NCBI GenBank assembly: GCA_050330865.1
Contig: JBHJHM010000076.1
Coordinates: 1,649-65,648, forward strand
Length of the DNA: 64,000 bases
Source: Leptolyngbyaceae cyanobacterium
GTDB taxonomy: Bacteria; Cyanobacteriota; Cyanobacteriia; Phormidesmidales; Phormidesmidaceae
Direction of reading: 5' to 3'
Numbering within the stretch: position 1 is the first letter of the stretch; each line of letters starts with the position of its first letter. The notes beneath the pieces are model-generated. The model had not been told where the DNA came from, searched no databases, and saw only the letters and a list, made by a program, of their open reading frames with translations. This document shows, piece by piece, positions 50,414-59,751 of the stretch. The translations under genes and the position numbers were made by a program.

Positions 50414-50503
50414 TTAGAAACCGTTGCGGCCCCAGATCACCATTGACAGTGAAAAGGTAAATACAACTAGCAGAGAAACCCAGCCGAGCGTCAGAATATC
50501 CAT
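50414..50503 (-). CDS. petN: Cytochrome b6f complex subunit VIII
   Basis: My hand translation, [29 protein letters not shown] (29 aa), is nearly identical to cyanobacterial PetN. It is not in the supplied ORF track because it is under 60 aa. Confidence 0.9.
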   Translation of the reverse strand: MDILTLGWVSLLVVFTFSLSMVIWGRNGF

Positions 50504-50567
50504 AAACGTGTCTTAAATCAGATATCAACGAGTGTCTTCTATGATACGGCAAAGATGCCGCTGAAAT

Positions 50568-51029
50568 ATGACTTCCTCTTCCCAATTCACAGCCGTAGAA
50601 CGGTTAGAGTCACTTAAAGCCGCAGCCCTTGGCGGCACTTGTGCAGGGGCTATCAGCGTCGGGCTCCTGGCAGCAAATCGTTTTATCACGCAAGGAACCC
50701 TTGCCTCCCTAATGGGGCTTCCATTCAGCCTAGCAAAGCTAACGCTGCTGGTGACCTTAGCGATCGCGGTTCTTTCGGGTGCCTTGTTTGCCCTCACTTA
50801 TCGTTACGCCGTGCGCCAGGATGAGAATCCTCAGCTCAAAGTCGGGGTTGTCTTTGCTTTCACATTAGTTAGAGGACTCGCTCAAGTTGATGCAGGATCA
50901 GCGATCGCTCAGAACTTCTGGCCATTTCTGAAAGCTTGTGGCGAAAGCTTTTTGATATTCGGAGTAGGAGCGCTAGTGCTGGCGCTGGCCATGCAACGCG
51001 GTTGGGTTACTCCCTTTGGCAACCCATAA
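50568..51029 (+). CDS. Hypothetical membrane protein (4 TM)
   Basis: 153 aa and hydrophobic throughout. No family recognised. Confidence 0.55.
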   Translation: MTSSSQFTAVERLESLKAAALGGTCAGAISVGLLAANRFITQGTLASLMGLPFSLAKLTLLVTLAIAVLSGALFALTYRYAVRQDENPQLKVGVVFAFTLVRGLAQVDAGSAIAQNFWPFLKACGESFLIFGVGALVLALAMQRGWVTPFGNP

Positions 51030-51369
51030 CTTTGCAATCTGTCAGCTTTTGGGTATGGCCTGCTTGACCTCGCAAAGCTTGCCAGAATCTTTGCCTTCGA
51101 AGCCTCGCAGTAAGATTCTCAACATTATCCAATCTGGCGATATCGCTGCTCTTAATCAAGGCCTCTAGCCCTTATAAAGCTACTTACATACCTTCGCAAC
51201 TTCAGCTAAGTAATCTCACAATGGCGTCAATGCTACGAGAGTTTTGCCACCCGCCGAGATTTCCGGCTTAGGGCGCTATATTTTTTTGATTTTGGTGCCC
51301 GGCAACTATATAATTGGACACTCGAGGAATGCGCTTACGCATTAGCAAAAATTTTTCGTTTAGAGATCT

Positions 51370-52203
51370 ATGGCAACTCCGACTCAATACCCCGTCATGG
51401 CGATTGGAGGGGCAGAAGATAAGGTCGGTAGCCGTACTATATTGACGACCTTCTTTGACAATGCCGGGGGAGCGCGAGCAACTATCGGCATTGTTCCTTG
51501 TGCGTCTCAAGAGCCCAGTGTTGTCGGCGATCGCTACCGCAATATTTTCACTCAAATGGGTGCCTATGACGTCCAGGTACTTGATATTCGGCGTCCTTAT
51601 GAGTGCGATGAAGACCACTGGCTCAAGCTTCTGGAAAGCTGCACTGGCATCTTTCTCTCGGGAGGTGACCAAGTTCGCTTATTCAACTTCATCCATGCCA
51701 GTACCTTCATGCGGATTATCAAAGAACGCATCCAGATGGGCTCGCTGGTGCTCGCTGGGACTAGCGCTGGCGCGGCAGTCATGGGTGAAAAGATGATTTC
51801 AGGCGGCAGCAGTGGTGAATCGCCCAATCGCTCGCTGGTCGATTTGATGGATGGCCTAGGCATTATTCCTGAGCTGTTGGTAGATCAGCACTTTCATAAC
51901 CGTAATCGCATGGCTCGACTGATGAGCGCGATCGCGGCTTACCCTGACAAGTTAGGCCTTGGCATTGATGAAGACACCTGCGCCGCATTCAAACAGGATG
52001 GAACTTTTCAGGTAATGGGCAAAGGTACGGTCACCATCATTGATCCCCGGGAGCTGACGCACACAAACCATCGCTTCGCCGATGCTACTTCGCCGCTAAG
52101 CCTTCATGATTTGAGGGTTCATGTGCTCAGCGAGGGAGACCACTATGACTACAGACGTCGTTCGGTTTGTGCCCCCAGCTTCGGAGTTGTGTCTCAGCTC
52201 TGA
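51370..52203 (+). CDS. cphB: Cyanophycinase (peptidase S51)
   Basis: 277 aa with IGGAEDK, FLSGGDQ, the GTSAGA catalytic Ser motif and DQHF..RNR.ARL. Confidence 0.9.
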   Translation: MATPTQYPVMAIGGAEDKVGSRTILTTFFDNAGGARATIGIVPCASQEPSVVGDRYRNIFTQMGAYDVQVLDIRRPYECDEDHWLKLLESCTGIFLSGGDQVRLFNFIHASTFMRIIKERIQMGSLVLAGTSAGAAVMGEKMISGGSSGESPNRSLVDLMDGLGIIPELLVDQHFHNRNRMARLMSAIAAYPDKLGLGIDEDTCAAFKQDGTFQVMGKGTVTIIDPRELTHTNHRFADATSPLSLHDLRVHVLSEGDHYDYRRRSVCAPSFGVVSQL

Positions 52204-52945
52204 ATGGATGTCCGAAGCTGCTGAAGCTGCTGCCACTTAGATCGGACAAGACAGAAATAACCGCCCTACTCTATCTCAACCAAGGTTCCGACTCAACAGT
52301 TTTGCATTTTGAATTCCGCGTAGCGGTACTAGTTTTTTTTGCTTTGGGAGCCTATTCTCTTCAAAAATACTGTAAAAAAGACTCTTGGAATAGCTAACCC
52401 AAACATTTTGAGATAACCGCTTCCTCCCAAGAAAACTGAAATCTAGTAGCTGAACTGACATGCTTTCTTATCAGATTTTATTATGGGAGCTAATAGTTGA
52501 TCTAATAGTTAGATAATTGTGTTCTGAGAACAGAACAGTCTGCCTTAAAGCCAGGGAAATCCTAACCATCTCAGAAAGATGTTATGAGGCACTGACAAAG
52601 AATTTGCTTTTTTGGTCTTAATTGGTATTATTCAATACAGTTACTTAATGCTTTTTGAACAAAAGTGCTCGATACGCTTGGGGATACTTTCAAGATTTGA
52701 GTCAAGCTTGGTTTTCCTGAGAAGTGGTTGTTTATAGGCTTCAAGTCGTTCATTTGTATCTGTAGATGGATTACAAATTGGACCAGTAGAATGTAGTGAT
52801 CGGTTGAAGGCTTACGCTAGTTTCCCGTAACCTCATTCAGGCTTCTCCATTATTTGAGGGAAGTCTTGATAGGTTTAGCTTTGCCATCAAGCCATAATTC
52901 ATTTATTGCTCTCGGAATCTGCATCATACCCTTTTAATATTGCCC

Positions 52946-55633
52946 ATGAAAATTCTGCAAACTCGAACTCTTCGCGGCCCTAACTATTGGAGTATTCGTC
53001 GTTCCAAGCTGATTGTTGTGCGTCTGGATTTGGAGGATCTGGCTGATCGCCCTTCCGATACATTGACGGGTTTTTACGATGGTTTGGTGCAGGTGCTTCC
53101 CAGTCTTGAAGAGCATCATTGCTCGCCGGGATGCCGCGGTGGGTTCCTGAGTCGCTTGCGTGAAGGGACCATGATGGGCCACATCGTAGAGCATGTAGCC
53201 CTCGAACTGCAGGCGCTAGCTGGGATGCCCGTTGGCTTTGGTCGCACGCGCGAAACCAGTACACCTGGTATTTACCAAGTGGTCGTTGAGTATCAGAACG
53301 AAGCTGCGGGTCGCTACGCCACCCGTGCCGCTGTGCGGTTGTGCCAAAGCATTGTTGAGACCGGCACGTATCCTGATTACGAGCTACAAACGGATCTTGC
53401 CGATTTGCGCGAGCTACGATCCGAAGCAGTTCTGGGAACTTCTACCGAAGCTTTAGTGTACGAAGCTGAAGCCCGTGGCATTCCCTGGATGGAGCTGGAG
53501 AACTGCGAGCTGTTTCAGCTTGGATACGGGAAATATCAAAAGCGCATACAGGCAGCCCTAACCTCCTCCAGCAATGTGTTGGGTGTTGAGTTGGCCTGCG
53601 ACAAGGAGCGCACCAAGGCAATTCTGGAAAATATGGGAGCACCCGTCCCCCTTGGGCATTTGATTTATGCGTTTGATGAGCTTGAAACCGCGATCGAAAG
53701 AGTGGGCGGCTATCCAATCGTCATCAAGCCATTAGATGGCAACCACGGACGCGGTATTACAATCGATATCCGCTCTTGGGAGCAGGCCGAGCAGGCGTAT
53801 GACCGAGCCAAAGAGGTCTCCAGTGGCTTGATTGTGGAACGCTTTTATGCAGGGCGCGATCATCGAATTTTGGTAGTTAATCATCAGGTGATCGCCGTTG
53901 CGGAGCGGGTACCTGCTCACGTGGTGGGTAATGGGCGCGACACGATCGCCGAGCTAGTAGAACGGGAGAATCAAGATGCGCGTCGAGGCAATGGCCACGA
54001 TAACGTGCTCACCCAGATTGAGCTGAATGCATCCACCGATGAAATGCTGAGTCGTCAAGGGCTGACTTTAGATACAGTTCTGGAATCGGGAGAGGTTGGC
54101 TATCTACGGGCAACGGCCAACTTGAGCACCGGCGGAACAGCTATTGATCGTACCGATGATATTCATCCAGACACAGTGTGGCTGGCAGAGCGAGTTTCAC
54201 GAATTATCGATCTGGATATTGCTGGCATTGATGTCATCACCACCGATATTACAAAGCCGCTGAGTGAAGCAGACGGCGTGATTGTGGAAGTGAATGCAGC
54301 CCCCGGATTGCGTATGCATTTGGCGCCCAGCGAAGGGGTGGCGCGCAACGTTGCGGCTCCGGTTTTGCAAATGCTGTTCCCACCAGGAACGCCAACTCGG
54401 GTACCGATTGTGGCGGTAACCGGTACTAATGGTAAAACTACCACCACTCGTTTGATTGCCCATATTGCCAGACAAGTCTACGACGCGGTCGGCTTCACAA
54501 CTACAGATGGCATCTATATCGGCGATCATCTTATCGAAAAGGGTGACACCACGGGACCCCAAAGTGCTCAGATGATCCTGCAGGATCCGACTGTTGAAAT
54601 GGCAGTGCTAGAAACCGCTCGAGGTGGCATTCTGCGATCAGGATTAGCGTTTCCTCACTGTGATGTCGGTGTGGTCCTAAATGTCGCTGCTGATCACCTG
54701 GGTCTAGGCGATATTGACACCATTGACCAGATGGCAAGGGTGAAAGGAGTCATTGCTGAAGCGGTCCATGCTGATGGCTACGCTGTCCTTAATGCTGATG
54801 ATGAGCGGGTGGCTGCAATGGCACACCAGGTCATTGGCAAGGTGGCTTATTTCTCAATGGATGCTCAGAATTCCCTGGTGCAGAAGCACATCCGGCAGGG
54901 AGGTATTGCTGCTGTCTACGACAACGGCTACATTGTCATCTTGCAGCAGGATTGGGTCCATCGGATCGAGCACGTTGAACGGGTGCCGCTAACATTAGGT
55001 GGACGGGCACCATTTATGATTGCCAATGCCTTGGCAGCGAGCTTGGCAGCCTTTGTACAAGGGATCAAGGTGGAGCAGATTCGGGCAGCGCTGCGGAGTT
55101 TCGAAGCTTCGGCTAAACAGACACCTGGACGCATGAATCTCTTCAATCTGAGACATTACCACGTGTTGGTGGACTATGCTCACAATCCAGCTGGGTATAA
55201 GGCCGTGGGTGGTTTTGTGAAAAACTGGTCAGGTCCAACCATTGGCGTTGTTGGCGGACCTGGCGATCGCCGCGATGAGGATCTCATTGGCTTGGGCCAG
55301 CTAGCAGCAACGTTCTTCGATCAGATTATTGTCAAAGAGGATGATGATAGTCGGGGTCGTCCTGCTGGTGATGCAGCCGCCTTGGTTGCTCAGGGTGTCG
55401 CTATGGCTGAATCATCTGTCCCTCACTCCGTCCAATTGGATGAAATTGAGGCGATCGAATGGGCGCTGGAACATGCACCGGAAGATGCGTTGGTCGTGAT
55501 CTTTCCTGAAAAGGTAAGTCGTGCCATCGATCTCATTAAGGCTCGCAACCCCATTGTTGATGCCCCGAAAGCAATGGCTTCGAATGTACCAGCAACATCC
55601 TCCCCGTTGGAGCCCATGTCGGTAGGCGGCTAG
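52946..55633 (+). CDS. cphA: Cyanophycin synthetase
   Basis: The N-terminus reads MKILQTRTLRGPNYWS. An ATP-grasp region is followed by a Mur-ligase-like region (VTGTNGKTTT). I preferred the ATG at 52946 over the TTG at 52940. Confidence 0.93.
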   Translation: MKILQTRTLRGPNYWSIRRSKLIVVRLDLEDLADRPSDTLTGFYDGLVQVLPSLEEHHCSPGCRGGFLSRLREGTMMGHIVEHVALELQALAGMPVGFGRTRETSTPGIYQVVVEYQNEAAGRYATRAAVRLCQSIVETGTYPDYELQTDLADLRELRSEAVLGTSTEALVYEAEARGIPWMELENCELFQLGYGKYQKRIQAALTSSSNVLGVELACDKERTKAILENMGAPVPLGHLIYAFDELETAIERVGGYPIVIKPLDGNHGRGITIDIRSWEQAEQAYDRAKEVSSGLIVERFYAGRDHRILVVNHQVIAVAERVPAHVVGNGRDTIAELVERENQDARRGNGHDNVLTQIELNASTDEMLSRQGLTLDTVLESGEVGYLRATANLSTGGTAIDRTDDIHPDTVWLAERVSRIIDLDIAGIDVITTDITKPLSEADGVIVEVNAAPGLRMHLAPSEGVARNVAAPVLQMLFPPGTPTRVPIVAVTGTNGKTTTTRLIAHIARQVYDAVGFTTTDGIYIGDHLIEKGDTTGPQSAQMILQDPTVEMAVLETARGGILRSGLAFPHCDVGVVLNVAADHLGLGDIDTIDQMARVKGVIAEAVHADGYAVLNADDERVAAMAHQVIGKVAYFSMDAQNSLVQKHIRQGGIAAVYDNGYIVILQQDWVHRIEHVERVPLTLGGRAPFMIANALAASLAAFVQGIKVEQIRAALRSFEASAKQTPGRMNLFNLRHYHVLVDYAHNPAGYKAVGGFVKNWSGPTIGVVGGPGDRRDEDLIGLGQLAATFFDQIIVKEDDDSRGRPAGDAAALVAQGVAMAESSVPHSVQLDEIEAIEWALEHAPEDALVVIFPEKVSRAIDLIKARNPIVDAPKAMASNVPATSSPLEPMSVGG

Positions 55634-55673
55634 TCGGGCAGCGTCTACTGATATTAGTTTGCTAGTTACTCCC

Positions 55674-55724
55674 TCACCCCTCGGCCTTTTTCGCAAAAAT
55701 ATGGCGCCGAGGGGTGATTTTTGA
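55674..55724 (+). terminator. Intrinsic terminator after cphA
   Basis: 12-bp stem tcacccctcggc/gccgaggggtga (55674-55685 pairs with 55706-55717), followed by ttttt. Confidence 0.65.
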
Positions 55725-55806
55725 GCGTCGGTAGTCTAGCTAAAGCACGGGCTCTTGCCACCCAGGCTAAGATCAGAGCAGAACTGGCCTCACCTGAACT
55801 CACCCC

Positions 55807-56385
55807 ATGTCTGATCCAGTCACCCTCGAAGACATCTACGCTCTGTTCCAACGGTCGCAAGAAGAAGCGGATCGGCGCTTCGCTGAAGCGGATCGGCGGG
55901 CTGCTGAAGCGGATAAACGACTGGCCCGAGCTGAAGCGATCGCAGCCCAGGCTAATGGAGCTGTCAACGGCCTGAGCAGTCGCTGGAGCCGGTTCGTTGA
56001 GAATATTGTCGCGCCTGCCGCGCTACGGTTGTTTCAAGAGCAGGGCATGGCGGTGCAAGAAGTCTATCAGCGGGTCCGTTCAGCCCGAGGTAACCGCAAC
56101 CTAGAAATCGATATTTTAGTGGTGGATGACGACGTGGCGGTGGCTATTGAAGTGAAATCGCGGCTGACGCAAGATGACGTTCGCCAGGTTCTTCGCAGCT
56201 TAGAACAATTCAAAATGGCATTTCCTCACTATGCCAACTATCGGCTCTACGGCGCGGTGGCTGCCATTGAGATCGATAAGGATGTAGACATCTATGCGTA
56301 CAATCAGGGCCTGTTTGTGATTCAGCAATCCGGGGATAGCGTCGCGATTAGCAACACACCCGACTTTGCTCCCCGCACCTGGTAA
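55807..56385 (+). CDS. Hypothetical protein: N-terminal coiled-coil plus PD-(D/E)xK-like nuclease fold
   Basis: 192 aa. It has a repeated ADRR/AEADKR coiled region, then EIDILVVDDDVAVAIEVKS (a D...E.K arrangement). Confidence 0.55.
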   Translation: MSDPVTLEDIYALFQRSQEEADRRFAEADRRAAEADKRLARAEAIAAQANGAVNGLSSRWSRFVENIVAPAALRLFQEQGMAVQEVYQRVRSARGNRNLEIDILVVDDDVAVAIEVKSRLTQDDVRQVLRSLEQFKMAFPHYANYRLYGAVAAIEIDKDVDIYAYNQGLFVIQQSGDSVAISNTPDFAPRTW

Positions 56386-56683
56386 TCAAAAGTCTGGCCA
56401 TCTGGGATGGCAAAGTTGGGCAACACTAGCGCAGCTACTCGCGCCCTCAAGCAGCAGTTAGAAGCATTGTGAGATAGATTGCCAGCGCTACTCTTGGAAC
56501 CGGCGATCGCCGAACTGATGCCTCTAAATTTTTTCACTAGAACTAGCTGAAACGCTTTTAGTTCGTCTCTTCAAGAGCTGGATTGAGTGGAAGAAATGTT
56601 TATAGTTTGCAGTATTCATCTGCCTTTTGCTGAAAATCGAGCGAAACTCAAGAGTATAAGGTTTCAGAAGGTGCGGGCTGCGT

Positions 56684-59600
56684 ATGGTTATTTCAGAGCA
56701 AACAGTGAGCGTTCAATCTGCTGCTGAGAAAGTTGGGGAAGTACACATTCAAGCGATCGCACGCGAGCTGCTGAAGGAGAGTACTGAAGGACGATCGCTC
56801 TTTGCTAAAGTGCGTGATTCGTTTCGCTGGGATGACAAGCTACTCAGCTGGGCTATGGAGAACCCTGGCTTGCGGGTCCACCTATTCCAGCTGATCGACT
56901 GTTTGCCCTCACTAACGACCAAGACAGAAATCGCTCGGCACCTGCAGGAATATTTGAGTGATGACACCGTAGAGCTCCCCTCGGCACTGAAAGGTTTGCT
57001 CAACTTCACGGCCACCGACTCCATGCCCGGCAAAGCCGCCGCAACGACGCTCGCAACTGCCGTGGAAACCTTGGCCCGTAAGTACATTGCCGGATCAACG
57101 CTACAAGAAGCCTGCAAAAGCATTGAAAAACTCCGCAAGCAGTCGATGACCTTCACGGTGGACGTACTCGGTGAGGCGGTGATTACCGAGGCCGAAGCAC
57201 AGGCATACCTGGATCAGTATTTGGCTTTGATGACACAGCTGACGGAAGCTTCCCAACAGTGGTCTGCGGTACCCCAGGCTGATCAGGCCAACGGCGTTGC
57301 CATCCCCAAAGTCCAAGTATCCGTTAAGCTGACGGCGTTCTACTCCCAGTTTGATCCGCTTGATGTCGAGGGCTCCCGAACGAAAGTGAGCGATCGCATT
57401 CGTTTACTGCTTCGACATGCAGAAAAAGTCGGTGCCGCAGTTCATTTTGACATGGAGCAATATCGCTACAAAGATGCGACGCTGGCAGCGCTGAAGCAGC
57501 TGCTGATGGAAGACGAATTTCGCGATCGCACCGACATCGGCATGACCCTTCAGGCCTATTTGCGGGATAGCTATCGCGATCTCGAGGATCTGATCGCCTG
57601 GGCTAAGCAGCGCGGCAACCCTGTTACAGTCAGGCTGGTTAAAGGAGCCTATTGGGACCAGGAGACTATCGCAGCCCGCCAAAATCATTGGTCTACCCCC
57701 GTTTACAACGCCAAATCCTCAACGGATGCCAACTTCGAGCGCATGACACGCCTACTGCTCGAAAACCATGAGCATCTCTACGCTGCCATCGGCAGTCATA
57801 ATGTGCGCTCTCAGGCTCTGGCCCTGGCGATCGTCCAAGCGCTTGAAATTCCCCAACGGCACGTTGAATTTCAGGTGCTCTACGGCATGGCCGACAATCT
57901 GGCTACCGCGATCGCCCAACGCGGCCATCGCGTGCGCGTGTACTGTCCCTATGGGGACTTGATTCCCGGCATGGCCTACCTGATTCGACGCCTGCTGGAA
58001 AATACTGCCAATAGCTCGTTTCTGCGTCAGAGTGTGGCCGAAGTTCCGGTTGAAGATTTATTAGCGCCCCCGGTGTGGGGTAAGGGTGATACCGACGATG
58101 CTGAAGTGCAACCGGAAGCGAGTCGTCTGCCGTTCCATCCCGCTGCCGATACAGACTATGCGATCGCCGCTGCCCGAGAACAAGCAACGGCTGCTATCGA
58201 ATCTATTAGACATCAGTTGGGTCAGCAGTATTGGCCGCTGATTAATGGCGAGTCGGTTCAGACGGAGAACACACTGCAGTCGGTGAATCCCTCCAATCCG
58301 GCTGAGGTTGTGGGGACTGTTGGACAAGTGGATATTGAGCAAGCAGAACAGGCGATCGCAGCTGCTAAGACAGCTTTCCAAAGCTGGAAAAATACCTCTG
58401 CTTCAGAACGGGCCACGATACTTCGGCGGGCGGCAGACTTACTCGAAGCCCAGCGTCATGACCTGAATGCTTGGATGGTGTTTGAGGGCGGTAAACCCCT
58501 GCAGCAGGCCGATGCGGAAATCTCTGAAGCTGCCGATTTCTGTCGGTATTATGCGGCAGAGATGGAGCGTCTTGAGGCTGAAGTTGATTATGACGTGGCT
58601 GGGGAAAGCGATCGCTATTTCTACCGTCCCAAAGGGATTGTGCTAGTAATCTCGCCTTGGAACTTCCCTCTGGCGATTCCTACGGGTATGACGGTAGCAG
58701 GACTGGTTACAGGTAACTGCGTCCTGCTGAAGCCTGCCGCTACGACCGCTGTGATTGCGGCTAAGCTGAGCGAAATTCTCGTTGAAGCAGGTATTCCCCA
58801 AGGTGTTTTCCAATACATTCCGGGTCGAGGATCTACCGTGGGCTCACATCTGGTTAAGCATCCAGACGTACACATGGTTGTCTTCACCGGCTCTCAGGAA
58901 GTCGGCTGTCAAATCTATGCTGATGCCGCCATTCTGCAGCCCGGTCAGCGGCATTTGAAACGAGTCGTTGCCGAGATGGGGGGTAAAAACGCCATCATTG
59001 TTGATGAAAGCGCCGACCTCGATCAGGCCGTACAAGGGGTCGTCTATTCAGCCTTTGGCTACAGCGGTCAGAAGTGTTCTGCGTGCTCTCGGGTCGTCGT
59101 CCTAGCCTCTGTTTATGACACCTTTATCGCTCGCCTGGTAGAGGCCACGAAATCCCTCAATGTTGGCATTGCTGCTGATCCCAGCACCAAAGTTGGCCCG
59201 GTTATTGATGCCGCTGCTCAGGAACGTATTCGTGAGGTCATTGCTCAAGGCAAAACCGAAGCAACCCTCGCCCTCGAATTACCAACTCCGGCAACCGGCT
59301 ACTTTGTCGGTCCCGTAATTTTTACCGATGTCGATCCCCATGGCTCCCTAGCTCAGGAAGAGATTTTTGGCCCTGTGCTGTCGGTGATGAAAGTCCAGGG
59401 CTTTGAGCAGGCATTGGCGATCGCCAACAACACACGCTACGCGCTCACGGGCGGCCTCTACTCCCGTACTCCCTCCCACATTGAACAAGCCAAAGCAGAA
59501 TTTGAGGTGGGTAATCTCTATATCAATCGCAGCATCACCGGAGCGATCGTTTCCCGTCAACCCTTTGGCGGCTTCAAACTGTCGGGTGTGGGCTCCAAAG

Positions 59601-59698
59601 CAGGGGGACCGGATTATCTGCTGCAATTTCTGGAACCCCGCACGGTCACAGAAAATATTCAGCGCCAAGGCTTCGCGCCGATTGAAGGCATGTCCTAG
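56684..59698 (+). CDS. putA: Bifunctional proline dehydrogenase / 1-pyrroline-5-carboxylate dehydrogenase
   Basis: 1004 aa. The N-terminal half is a proline dehydrogenase barrel (VRLVKGAYWD, YGMA, CPYG). The C-terminal half is an aldehyde dehydrogenase (VAEMGGKNA, GQKCSA, EEIFGPV). Confidence 0.9.
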   Translation: MVISEQTVSVQSAAEKVGEVHIQAIARELLKESTEGRSLFAKVRDSFRWDDKLLSWAMENPGLRVHLFQLIDCLPSLTTKTEIARHLQEYLSDDTVELPSALKGLLNFTATDSMPGKAAATTLATAVETLARKYIAGSTLQEACKSIEKLRKQSMTFTVDVLGEAVITEAEAQAYLDQYLALMTQLTEASQQWSAVPQADQANGVAIPKVQVSVKLTAFYSQFDPLDVEGSRTKVSDRIRLLLRHAEKVGAAVHFDMEQYRYKDATLAALKQLLMEDEFRDRTDIGMTLQAYLRDSYRDLEDLIAWAKQRGNPVTVRLVKGAYWDQETIAARQNHWSTPVYNAKSSTDANFERMTRLLLENHEHLYAAIGSHNVRSQALALAIVQALEIPQRHVEFQVLYGMADNLATAIAQRGHRVRVYCPYGDLIPGMAYLIRRLLENTANSSFLRQSVAEVPVEDLLAPPVWGKGDTDDAEVQPEASRLPFHPAADTDYAIAAAREQATAAIESIRHQLGQQYWPLINGESVQTENTLQSVNPSNPAEVVGTVGQVDIEQAEQAIAAAKTAFQSWKNTSASERATILRRAADLLEAQRHDLNAWMVFEGGKPLQQADAEISEAADFCRYYAAEMERLEAEVDYDVAGESDRYFYRPKGIVLVISPWNFPLAIPTGMTVAGLVTGNCVLLKPAATTAVIAAKLSEILVEAGIPQGVFQYIPGRGSTVGSHLVKHPDVHMVVFTGSQEVGCQIYADAAILQPGQRHLKRVVAEMGGKNAIIVDESADLDQAVQGVVYSAFGYSGQKCSACSRVVVLASVYDTFIARLVEATKSLNVGIAADPSTKVGPVIDAAAQERIREVIAQGKTEATLALELPTPATGYFVGPVIFTDVDPHGSLAQEEIFGPVLSVMKVQGFEQALAIANNTRYALTGGLYSRTPSHIEQAKAEFEVGNLYINRSITGAIVSRQPFGGFKLSGVGSKAGGPDYLLQFLEPRTVTENIQRQGFAPIEGMS

Positions 59699-59751
59699 AG
59701 CCCTACTCGATATCGGTCTTGCCGACTCGCAGAGTCTAGCGAAGAGGGTTG

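Noticed and set aside
50382-50585. 67-aa minus-strand ORF in the track covering the petN region
   Set aside because: It is in a different frame from the perfect 29-aa PetN sequence and has no protein-like character.
52762-52774. NtcA-like site GTA-N-TAC in the cphB-cphA spacer
   Set aside because: The spacing is 7 nt rather than the canonical 8. No -10 box at the proper distance could be identified.
55674-55717. Possible HetR box (CCCCTC ... GAGGGG) after cphA
   Set aside because: The half-sites are in the wrong order and 20 nt apart, unlike the GAGGGG-N5-CCCCTC palindrome. The structure is followed by a T-run and fits an intrinsic terminator.
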